A stretch of DNA of 63,996 bases, counting the filler, from Lenisia limosa (Eukaryota > Protista > Breviatea): assembly GCA_001655205.1 (NCBI GenBank). It is 9 parts of 9 records of this genome, joined end to end, with 100 filler letters (N's around TTAATTAATTAA, not from the genome) between each part and the next. Parts side by side here need not be neighbours in the genome. Positions count along the whole stretch, not along the records: positions 31,852 to 62,778 come from LPNZ01011300.1; 8 more parts are not named here. One strand, 5' to 3'. Of the stretch, positions 37,520-49,400 are shown in pieces. The notes under the pieces are model-generated. The model was given only the letters and a program-made list of their open reading frames with translations. It was not told where the DNA came from and did not search any database. The translations under genes were made by a program, and so were the position numbers. The first letter of the stretch is position 1, and each line of letters begins with the position of its first letter.

Positions 37520-38460
37520 ATGAAAAGCCTTACCCCTATATTTGTACTATGGGTAGTATTAGTCTGTATAAACGGCGGCAACTCAACTTCTTTGGATTGT
37601 TATGGAGAGGTTGAGTCTTCCTGTGTTGATCCAGGGTTTGTGTATCTTCTATTTTGTAGTAATAACTCTTTATTAGAAACTCTGACACCTGCGATAATTG
37701 CCAATACGTTAAGTGCTTCGATTCCAGCGGCTTACTCCTCGATGAATCCTGCCTTGACAAGTCTGAAAGTGCCTCTGCGGTTGGTTGATGTTGTTTGACT
37801 CTGCTATGTGAATTGTAGTCAAGATATTTCTTTCGCTTTCCTATTTCAGCGTTGGTCCTCTTATTTATATTTCCTGTTGTGAATGGCAATTGTCATCTTC
37901 TATTTTCTTCACCTTTCTTAACAGCAACTAGTATTGTGACACATACGCTGCACAAACCTCGTCATTCGACACTTCTTCATCAGGTTGCCATTCGAGTGTT
38001 AGAGGGATGCTCTTTTGTTGTGCTTTCTCCCAACGGACCTGGCGGGTTTTCACCATTATTCTTTCACCTAATTTCAATGAGTGACGGGTTTTCTTTGCAA
38101 GCATGCAAGCATCAGTCTGCTGAAATTTGAAATACTTTTCACTATAATGTATGTCACTTTTTTTTCTTCGTGTGACGCTTTTTTTTTTTTTTTTTTTTTT
38201 NNNNNNNNNNNNNNNNNNNNNNNNNNNNNNNNNNNNNNNNNNNNNNNNNNNNNNNNNNNNNNNNNNNNCAGAATCAATTGAGATTGACAGTGAGAGGCGC
38301 TAATATCCCAGGCTGAAGATACATTCTTCGGGCTTATCTTCCTCTGCGCCATAATTGCAGGTATCGCATTCCTCTGCTACTGCTGTAATAGAGATCAGAC
38401 GGTTGTTATTACAGTGGGTATGGTTTGTGTTAAGGAAAATAATATCAACCGCATTCAGAG
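37520..38460 (+). CDS. Putative type I membrane protein (signal peptide, Cys-rich ectodomain, one TM helix)
   Basis: MKSLTPIFVLWVVLVCING...; Cys-rich exon NSDTCDNCQYVKCFDS; TM exon AEDTFFGLIFLCAIIAGIAFLCYCC at ~38311-38390. Confidence 0.5.
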
Positions 38461-38617
38461 GCTAAGTAAGAATTATGTGCCTTGTTATTTTGAGGGAAAT
38501 ACTTTCGCAATTTGAGTTTAAAAAACTGACAAGTTATGGAAAAGATGTAGTTTTGGAAATGGGGTTCTCTGAATGATAAATGATTCGAATGAATTGTGGA
38601 GAATAAATAATGATATT

Positions 38618-38804
38618 TTCATGCTTCTTCATTGCCCGTTCTTTATTCTTTATCATGCTTTATTGTCTGTTCTTCATCATGTTTCATTGTCCATTCCTTA
38701 TCATGCTTCATTGTCGGTTCCTTATCCTGCTTCATTGGCCGTTCCTTTTCATGCTTCATTGTCCTTATCATGCTTCATTGGCCGTTTCTTACCATGCTTC
38801 ATTG
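38618..38804. repeat. Degenerate minisatellite, ~20-24 bp unit, core tcatgcttcattg, ~8 copies
   Basis: Direct inspection. Confidence 0.85.
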
Positions 38805-40168
38805 AGTTGCATTGATGATATACCCGGATATTATTATTATGTGCGCTCTTATTTTCCCGTGTAACTTTCGCTTTAGCAACAGCCGGTGTTGATACCCCAG
38901 CATGTTTACGTACAACCTGCCCCCGCACACTACGCCCCACAGTCATACTATCAAAATGTGAGCTTTTTTGACATTCCCTTTGGGCTTTACCACTGATAAA
39001 ACAATTGAGGCTACTATCCACAGAAAGGGCTCACGTTGTTCTCAAGTTTTCAATGTTTTTTCTGGGGGTTTTTTTTGCTTTGGGGTTTTAGATTATTCGG
39101 TTTCCAGCAGTCTTCAATTTTCCTTCGTTTACCCCCCTAGACATACTGAGAGTCCTCGGAGAGTCAACTTCAACAGCCAATCGCAAGCAATAAGATGGCC
39201 TGCTTGGCCGATTTGCCATTCTATCCTGTTTCTGCTACCTTTCTTATTTGTTTCCCCGTTTATTTATCATGTCATGTATATTATGCATGGCTTTTCCGTG
39301 AACAACAAATGCGTCTTGAAAATGCTTCAGGACAGAATAAAAAGGAAAGAGCAAGCATGTCAATAATATAGACTAACATATGTTAGCAAGTTAGGTATCA
39401 AGACACCCAGAAGACAACTCAGAAGGAGGGCTCTCAATGGGCAAAACTCTTGCAAAACAAATAAACCTGACATGAGACACAATGTGACCATGTGACGCCT
39501 CAGCGCTGTTTAGCGGATTATTTTATATTTTTACGCCTTTTGTACCCCCCCNNNNNNNNNNNNNNNNNNNNNNNNNNNNNNNNNNNNNNNNNNNNNNNNN
39601 NNNNNNNNNNNNNNNNNNNNNNNNNNNNTAAATTAAAATGAGGAGGGAGAAGCGCTAATAATCTTCTGTTCAATTATCAAAACGCTTTTATTTATCTCAT
39701 ATCTCTGATAATCAAGCCTGACTGTAGGGTGAAGGTGCCTTATCTTCCTTTGGTAACTTCTCGCCAAGCTTGTCCCTGCGCTCTTCTCCAAGCTTGATCA
39801 ACAGCGTAGGTTGATTTTTGGCTGTTGGTCTCTTAGTTTACGCCATTTTCATAATGAACCCCTCTCCCCCCCTATATTGCCTGAATTTTGAAACAATTTT
39901 CGTTTATGAGTTTATGGGTATTAGGATCTCTATCTCTTCTCAACACCCCATGGATTTACGTAATGGTAATTGAAGAGCTGACTTGAAAAATTACCGATCT
40001 GAGCTAAAAGATTCATATATTTAAACCAAACATCATGAATTGAACCTATTCTACTCGTAAGTAATATTTATGATATGTAATATCTTTGATGAAATTCGTC
40101 TGTCTGTGCAAGGAAATATGTTTACCTCTGATTTAGTGTTGCAAACAAATGCACACCTTAGCATCTAG

Positions 40169-43053
40169 ATGAGTCTGGTGCTCCCAGCTACACACTACAC
40201 CTTCGGAGCCCTCCAAGCGGTGGTTCTGGGCTCCTCCGCCACACGTCCCACTCATGACAGATCTCTTCCCGCCACAGTACTTCGCCTTGGTGGGGGGGCA
40301 TAATGCGATTAGTGGCCTGACAGGATTGTGTGACAGGTGCTAATCAAATATATATTGTAAAGCAAAGTTTAAACCAAAGAGCGTCATCTGTTTTCACCAG
40401 TTAATTGATTCTATGTACTAGTATATGTCATATGAATTAATATTATACTATCATCCAATACCTCTTATACGCATGGGTGTGGACGGCTTTGGCCAGATAC
40501 AACTTTATTTTTATTTTTTTTCTCTCATTGCTATATAATATCAAATATGTACGTAGGCTTGATTTCACGGCTTTAGGCAAGTGTCTATGGCTCTTTGATG
40601 CTGGCGAGGTGGGTGGATTCTTATTTAGTGCAAGGATATCTTAGGTTCCAGTTTCTGGATCTGCAGCATGTTTTGTTTAGATAGTACTATAATTACATAG
40701 TATAATATATATGATATGTATACTATATGATATTCATTATCTGTGATATGGTATGATATGAAAGACATATTATACTTGTCTGTGTTATTATTGATTTGTA
40801 CCAGGGTGTAAGACGACAGTTTCTAAAATACCGTCAGATGGACCCCTGTACCCGGGGCTGTGACCACGGCTTTGGCCTTCAATCACTGGACCGGATCTTC
40901 CTCACCCACCTGCATGCTGACCATGTATGCGGCCTGTTGTCAAAGGATCATTGAGCTTCTCTCACACTTTAGATATCTGGGCTTATGCGTGAGTGGAGGA
41001 GTTTTATTCCATGGACTTGAAACAGCCTACTAAATAGTCCTTTGATTAGTAGTGCTGACATTCATGTCTTAATTCTTTTTAAAGGCCTTGTAACCACCCA
41101 TATGTAGCCCTCTTACAGGATCGACTCTCGTCTCCTGTTCCTTTGACTGTTTATGGACCTCCAAAACTCAGTGGGATGAGGTGCACTATCGTGAAATGAT
41201 ATCATAATTGTGTGAATGACGTTCAGAAAAGACAGTTAACGCACTTCTTCGAGTGTTTTCCCCAGGCCTTTTGAAGGTATGATCAAACCCAAATTGACTG
41301 GCTCGCCCAAAACTATTTGATTGTGCTTCTAAACAACCAACATTTTTAAGGCTGCAATTATTTTCTGCAGAAAAAGAGCACGAATTTGAGGCTTGTGGAG
41401 CTGTCGTCACCCTTGGAAATTCAACCGCCTCCCAAGCCCGTACAGTCCCTTGGCTCTTTGGGGTGGGTACAATCCCTCCTACCCATTGAAAGAGGCACAC
41501 CTTTTCTAGTGTATTACATAGTTGCTACCTCCTGAACTAGGACCAATAACTCTATATTATGGTTACAAGATAAGTACGGATCCTTCAACTCATTACACAG
41601 GAACATCGATGTGCTTCATTGCAATGCATACGCAACATCTATTGAAAATTTAAGGTGGGAACCATCTTTAAACTTGTACTCAGTAAAGACCCAAAAACCT
41701 CTTTCTAAATACTAATACAGTCTGGGATTTCAAACCCTATCATGTCTTGATGTTGAGCTTATGATGTTTTTTTGTAGTCCCACAATTCCTTTGTTTACCC
41801 CTAGACAAACCGGTGTGCGGCATTTGAAACCCGAGGCGTGCCGGGATTGGCCTTCACCGGTTCGGGATTCTCCTCTGGTCATGTGGGGGGAATAGTGTTT
41901 TTTGGTACAAATAGTGATCATGGGGTGTGATGCATCTTACTCTCTACCAGACTAGACACCCCTCAGGTCAAAGTCAGTGCCGCATTTGTTGACCACACTG
42001 TGCCATCCGTGGCCTATGTCGTGGAGGAGGGCGATGTGTTCCCCAGGTATGAATATATTAAATCCCATAAAGATGGTTCTCATTCCCTTTTATTTTGGAC
42101 CAGTGTTCCGAAATGGCGGAGGGAGCAGTTGGGCATAGGCCATCGACACTTACATCAGTTACACATGCAACCTGCTGTTGTAGGCAAATATGGCTTGGTT
42201 GGGGGGGGGGGTCGGTTTAGATTGATATCCTATATCATATCCTTGTACTATAAGTCATAATAATACATAGGAATATCATATTATACTACTGCTACTATTA
42301 TACATATTATATCATATGCAGTATAGTAGTATCTACTATGTTACATATATATATACATAGCTATATGATATGTACATATGATATGGTGTAAACATAGTAC
42401 AGGTACATGGAAGTCACATCACCCCCCAAAGGTAAGGCGCACCGATCTGCCGCCTTCGGCACCTGGACGGAAAGTTGTCATCATCGGCGGTAAGGGGNNN
42501 NNNNNNNNNNNNNNNNNNNNNNNNNNNNNNNNNNNNNNNNNNNNNNNNNNNNNNNNNNNNNNNNNNNNNNNNNNNNNNNNNNNNNNNNNNGGGAAGCAAC
42601 TCCCTTGTTGATCTGGCGCAAGATGCTGATCTTTTGATCCACGAGGCCACAACGTTCAAAGAAACAGTAGCAAGGAGAAGGAAACATTCAACTCCACGTA
42701 TGATGGGGCTTGTTGACACCCATGCAGTTCGTTTTTTTTTCAGCTGGCCTTTTCCCCTTATTATCCCAGAAATGGTGGGACAATTTGCTGCTCAAACCCA
42801 TGCTAAGCGTTTGGTATTAAACCATCTCGGACCCCTGGTAGCAAAGGGTATGGGGTTGTCAAGCGCGGAATTTCGTGGAACTCCTTTTAACCTTCAGATC
42901 CTGAAATGGCTGTTGAAATGGCCTCGTCTGAAGCCCCCAACACCGCTGTGTTCGCTGCACATGTGGGTACTTTGGTGCTCTCTCCTCATTAAACCCCCTT
43001 AGGATTTTATGACAATAAATGTCCCGCCAATAACCGACCTTTGGTCCCAGTGA
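40169..43053 (+). CDS. Short-form RNase Z / RNase BN-like metallo-beta-lactamase-fold ribonuclease, highly fragmented exons
   Basis: VVLGSSATRPTHDR, WLFDAGEG, RIFLTHLHADH (HxHxDH), LTVYGPP, VSAAFVDHTVPSVAYVVEE, GRKVVIIG, ADLLIHEAT, KHST, KRLVLNH, AAHDF in the expected order. Confidence 0.9.
40454..40534 (+). repeat. Dispersed intronic repeat, family 2 (full length)
   Basis: tccaata-cctcttatacgcatgggtgtggacggctttggccagatacaactttatttt...ctcattgctat inside an RNase Z intron. Confidence 0.8.
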
Positions 43054-43183
43054 AGCAGTTTCCTGAAATGGTAAGTGTTCAATGTCATCTTAATAATAGT
43101 GTACTATTCGCTGAGTATGCCCATTGTTGGATGCCTGTCTTGTGTATGCTGGGGAACCACGCAGAAGTAAGGCAAATGATTGG

Positions 43184-43251
43184 TCCAATATCTTTTATAA
43201 GCCTGATGGTGTGGACGTCTTCCGCCAACCTTTTTTATTTCTCATCTCTAT
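43184..43251 (+). repeat. Dispersed repeat, family 2
   Basis: tccaatatcttttataagcctgatggtgtggacg...ttatttctcatctctat; ends 5 nt before a CAG acceptor. Confidence 0.7.
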
Positions 43252-43482
43252 TACAGACTATGCTTACTTTCTAAGACCACACATGGTCGGAGGCGAACTT
43301 GCCGATAGTCAAGAGCACTGTCAGATCCTTTCCATCAAGGGACATGGTGTCTGAATGTGGCGACCAACTTCTTACGTAAATTGTTTGTTTGGATGCAGAT
43401 TACACTACAATATGATTACAAAGGTGAGCTACACTAAGTACTAAACACCTTTCCTTTTGATACAGAGAATGCGAATAAAACA

Positions 43483-46400
43483 TTATCTCCGAAGCAATCG
43501 TGCTCCTCCCCAGTATAGCTTTGCTCTGACCCCCGCGGTTAAATCCGTATTGGTACATAAATAATTCCTAGGAGACAGAAAACAAAAAAAAAGCTCACAC
43601 CAAAATATACAACTAAAATCACATTCTCGTTTTACTGCATTACTGCATCTACAAACATGAGCGAAAATCAATGAAACCCGAGCATTTCAACAAAAAAAAA
43701 ACCCTGTGATCTGAAGAAAGACAGTCCTACCCGAAGGATCAGCATTATTCCGCTCTTCCGATGCCCTATCCGTAACATGGTCCTCTTTAGGGGCCTCTTG
43801 AGCTGGCTGTACATCCGAGTTGTCGGGAGCTAGAGATGGTGAGAGAAAAGCGACAGAAGTTTGGCGAATAATAGAAGATAGAAGACAAGCGAAATATCTA
43901 TTTCGCTTTAGATCCCCTGCCACCATCTGCATCTTGAGGCTCAGATCCCCTGCCACCATCTGCATCTCGAGGCTCAGAACCCTGCTCGTCTTCTTCTCTT
44001 TCATCTTTTACCTCCTCTTCTTTACTCTCTTCCTTTCCTCCATCCTCATGTCTGCTGCCATCTTGGGCTGAGAAAGGCTCTTGGACGTCATTGCCAGGCT
44101 CAATAATACCTCCTTCAGAGTCAGGCTGGCTTGAACTGGTCGACTCCATTTGTTCAGTGGTCGGTTCCGCTTCCGCTTCCGCTGAAGGAGGGTCGTCTTG
44201 GACNNNNNNNNNNNNNNNNNNNNNNNNNNNNNNTATACCACATAAAATCCAGCCTTATTGAATAGAGAAATGAAGAAAGGCAGCTGACAAGGGTTTGTTA
44301 CAAATTGCTTTTGGCATCAGTATTAGAATGGTGGAAACTTTATGCTCTAATAGCCCCCCCCCCCCANNNNNNNNNNNNNNNNNNNNNNTCTTCTAGGACC
44401 GGTGAATTATCCGGGTTTTCGGGGGGAGCAGGTGAATTATCCGGGTTTTCGGGGGGAGCAGGTGAAGTAGAATTATCCCTTTCAGGATTTGGAGCGGCGA
44501 CGTCTTCAGCTTCATCCAGATCTTCATGATCACCTTCAGGACAGCTCTCATTTGGAACAGTGCCGGGCCCGGACTCGGAGGCCTCAATCTGATCAGCGAT
44601 CGCTTCACTGTCCACTCCGTCCTCCTCACCCACAACCACGGATTGGTTCGGATCTTCAGCCGACGGAAGGCCCATTTCGATCCGTCGGATCATGTGACGC
44701 AATCCCGATGTCTCATCCGTTCGTTGCGACGCTTCCAACGCCATAGACGCTGATACTGCGGGGGGGGGGGGGGNNNNNNNNNNNNNNNNNNNNNNNNNNN
44801 NNNNNNNNNNNNNNNNNNNNNNNNNNNNNNNNNNNNNNNNNNNNNNNNNNNNNNNNNNNNNNNNNNNGTTGGCTGACAACACACTAGGGTGATAACAACA
44901 AAGCAAACAAATCCCAGGTCAGTCGCTTCTGCAGCACACCGCATCCCATCACCCAACAGGGGAAAACAGCGAAATAGAGGAAAATAATAATTTAAGACAA
45001 TGAGAATAACACTATTACCGCTCCCCACGTTCACTGCGAGCTTCATCCAATTCAGCGGATAGGCGCTGGGAGAGGGCATTTGACTCGCGTGCCTGTTGCT
45101 CAACTTCCTAATATGGTAAGCACGACAATATGGAGAAAAAAAAACAAAAAAAAAGAGTTAATCTTTGACCAAATAAGGCAACCCCCACTTGGATGCTTGA
45201 AGCGAGAGAAGACTGGGCGGATTGCAGGCTTTCAGTCAGCGCCCGCCGCGCCACATCCCTGCGCAACGATGCCTCATTTGTGACCCTAGAGATGTCAGGT
45301 CATCGAATTGTTATCCCATTACAAAGACATATCCCTCCTCCCCACCTAGTAGAAGTCTCATTGTCGATCTTTGTGATAGCTTCAGTGATCTGTGATCGTT
45401 GCCGCTTCTCCGCTTCCGTAATGCTCTTCTGAAGGTCGCGGCCGGACTTGGCCTTGGGGGGTGAGGGCGGGGATTGCAAAAATGGAGCTGTGCTCAAGAA
45501 AACAAAAAAAAAGCGTGTTGTATACAACTCTCTCTAGTGATATCTTTTCCACTCGTGTGATCGGAAACACTCCCCCCACAGCAGCCGATTGTTGTGCGGC
45601 AAGGGAGCTCTTAACATCCGACAGTTCGCGCTCGAAGTTGGTTTTGAGTGACGCAACGTCAGTTGTGAGTTGTGTCGTTGTTGACTTATGTGCCACCTGT
45701 GGGGGNNNNNNNNNNNNNNNNNNNNNNNNNNNNNNNNNNNNNNNNNNNNNNNNNNNNNNNNNNNNNNNNNNNNNNNNNNNNNNNNNNNNNNNNNNNNNNN
45801 NNNNNNNNNNNNNNNNNNNNNNNNNNNNNNNNNNGGAGGGGAGGATAACTGACGCTCATATACACACACCCAAATATCCAATATAAAGGAAGAGGATTTA
45901 GTCCACAACAGATCCCCCCCCTACCTCAAGTTGCAACATTCGTTCTCGCATCTGGGCCAGTTGGAGCATGGCGTCCGCGTGCGCGCTAATTATCGGTAAT
46001 TCAAGCTTCGAGACCCAACCTCCCTTGACAGCCCCCCCCCCNNNNNNNNNNNNNNNNNNNNNNNNNNNNNNNNNNNNNNNNNNNNNNNNNNNNNNNNNNN
46101 NNNNNNNNNNNNNNNNNNNNNNNNNNNNNNNNNNNNNNNNNNNNNNNNNNNNNNNNNNNNNNNNNNNNNNNNNNNNNNNNCGCACGTGACTCTGCGGCTC
46201 GGATTTGCGTCTGTCGGGTTAATTCACCAGAAAAGGATGTCATAATTCTATGAACAACCTTAATCCCCCCCCACCTCCACCAAAGAAGCTTGCAAGGTGA
46301 TGTCGTCCTTAAGGATTTGCATGGTATTTGTGAGGCCGCTGACACTGTCTTCTCTTGCCTGGTGCAGTAAGCAACAAGAACGCTATAATAGTCCGTGCCG

Positions 46401-49400
46401 GCCCCACAACGCTATAATAGCCCGTGCCGACCTTTTTATCAGTCTCCAAGCTGCTTTGGATTCTCTCTTCAAGGTCCTGGGTCTCCTTTCGCGCCATTGC
46501 TGCAAGATCGCCAGATCGGATCATTAGATCGTCGACTTCGGCTCGAAGGAGGCTCAACTGGTCCTCATGAGCGGTCCGGACCTGAGGGGTGAAGGGTGGA
46601 GGTGATGTATGATAATCTGCAGTAGCCCCTAAACCTGATCGGATGTGAGGTGGAAGGCAGAAATTTGAGACTCGAAACCGGTTTTCATGTCTGTCACTCG
46701 TCGGTCAATATCCTGGATGGATAATTAGAAGTTTAGTTCCATATCATGCACAACACAAGGGCAGTCATGAGGCCAACCGAGGAAGTGGACTCGAGACCCG
46801 CCTCCAGCCGACTGGTTCGGTCGAAAAGAACCTGCATGCACCGTTAGTTCAAACTCTGAGTTGTCCTCACAGTCACTTGTAGTACCCTCAATGCCCCCCG
46901 TACTTGGGTCTCAGCACTCAGCTTCTGCTCCACAACTTGACGGTGAACCTCCGCTGATGTCTGAAGTAAGGTTAAACGGATACACATCTTCATCCTTTGG
47001 TTACATTTTACACACGATTACAGGGGAATAGTTTCCCATGATTTTATAGCCTACCCTGATATCTTCAGCTTGTTTGTTCCAATGATCAATTTCTTCTTCA
47101 AGTCGAAGAGAGACCTGGCAGGGTGATGTTTAAATTGGAATAACTGAAATTGACCACTTTAATTGAACACTCTATTGGCAGAATACTAGGGCCTCCCCAC
47201 CTTGCAGACACTAAGGGCCTCCCCACCTTGCAGACACTAAGGGCCTCCCCACCTTAGCCGTAGTGGCTTGGCTTCGGTCGAGGATTGCCGACAATTTGCG
47301 TTCGAGAGCAGCAGAACTGGCCTCAACTTTCGCGTCAAGCGTGGCTAATTCCTCCTGAAGAGGGGTAAAAGGGAGTTTCAAAGAGAAAAACACCCACCAA
47401 AGCAAGGGACACTTTAGCCCCACTACCCACCAAAGCAAGGGACACTTTAGCCCCACTACCCCCCCGCCCCNNNNNNNNNNNNNNNNNNNNNNNNNNNNNN
47501 NNNNNNNNNNNNNNNNNNNNNNNNNNNNNNNNNNNNNNNNNNNNNNNNNNNNNNNNNNNNNNNNNNNNNNNNNNNNNNNNTCCATTTGTCGCACAATCTC
47601 TGTGGGGTAAAGACTATAGAAGATGATTAAGGTGGTGAAGATAATATCAGAAAGCCATAACAAACAGCCCAACACTTAAGAGAACCACACTTCAGCGTAC
47701 CCTCCTGCTTGATGGACAGTGCCGCAAGGTCCCGACGGTAGTTGTCGGCTCCAGACCTCTCACGCGCATCCACTCTTTGCAGATGGTCTGTGGTGGACAG
47801 GCTGCCGGCTTCAATCTGGGGGGGGGGGGNNNNNNNNNNNNNNNNNNNNNNNNNNNNNNNNNNNNNNNNNNNNNNNNNNNNNNNNNNNNNNNNNNNNNNN
47901 NNNNNNNTAGCAAAACAAAACCCAGTCCAGTCACTTCTGCAGCACCCAAGAGACTTTTGAGACTATTCTTCAGGGTACCAACCTCTCTGATTTTTCTTGC
48001 CTTCTCCGCACCCTCGTGTCGAGAGCTGTTCTCAAGCTCATGCATTGAGTCTCGCAAACTTTGGATCTGAACCGAATAAGTGCAATAATGGATAGTGCTG
48101 GGCATTGTGAAGAAAGTTGTGAGAAATTGGGAAAGGGGAAATGCTTGTACTCCTTCATCCCTAACCTCTTTGACCATGGCCGTGAAACTTCTGTTGCTTT
48201 CTTCGAGTCTCACTGCCTCTCGTTCTTCGGATAACTGCCAGCGAATAAGAAGCAAATACGGTATCGGAAGTGATGTGAACTGAATTCCGCTACCAGAAGT
48301 GAATAGCAACAGATCTGACCCCCCACGCGCATATCAGCAGACACGCGTGCAAGTGCAGCCTCAGATCGTTGGAGTTGACGTTGCAGACTTTCCTTCGCCT
48401 CAATCGTCTCACCTTCTGCGCTCTAACGGGTGAGTTTATGCACAACATGGGGGTATTGTCGCGAACCTTCAGCTGGGCCACAACCTCCTCCACAAGATGG
48501 TCCTCCCTCCTGGCACCGTCGTCCTTCTCAGCCAGGCGTCGGCTCAATTCGCCATACTCCTTATGCGTCTTGACCAGGTCGACCTCAAGACGTTGCTTTG
48601 ACTGCACGGTCAGTACGCCCAGAAATTGTGTGGGTGCTATACTGAGCACAAAGGTTCATTTCATTGGCAAGTAGCCCTGAAAGAAGATCTGACACGATTT
48701 TGATCCCTATATGCTGTGTATGCTTGTACTGGAATAGTGTATTAGATCAACACCAAGTGAAGATAAGGTGAGTCAGAACCCCGCCCACCTTTTCCACACG
48801 CTCTACTCTGGTTTCGTTGTTACGGAACCGAATGAACATGTCGTCTTGAATGCGGGCGTTTTCGCCAATAAGATGCCTATACGGGTTTGTGAGTTTCAGA
48901 GTAGGCTGACTGTAATATTGAACCAACACCCACATTGCCGCGTTTTCAGCCACCCTCTGTCTCTTCTCTAGTTGGACAATTCTTTCCATCAGCGACTGGT
49001 CACGTGTAGGTGAAGCTAGGGGGTATCAACTCATTGCGATAACATTGTGGCACAGTAGGGTTTTAAATAAGTGGACTCAAAATACGAAATACGAAAGACC
49101 TCCAATACACTAGTCCAAAAACAGGCATGCCAACCTGGCCGTTCTAGCATGGACAGCAGCTGGGCATGGCGGCCCGGGCTACTCGGCTCAGTTCTGAGGG
49201 GGGGAGCGTCGAGGGTGGTCTTGTGCCGACTCGGCTCTGGGGGGTCAAAGCAGGGCAGAAATACCTAAATACCAGAATACAGTACAATTGAGAAATAATA
49301 TATGTTGAATGGGAGCAGAGGGATACTACATATCATATGTCCAGAAAACTAATTATATACACCAAAGACTGGAAGAACGAACCAAACAAGCGAAAAGTCC

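Noticed and set aside
40454-40534. Family-2 repeat as an introner element or canonical C/D snoRNA
   Set aside because: Copies lie inside larger introns and do not define both splice sites; there is no intact RUGAUGA...CUGA pair in the right order.
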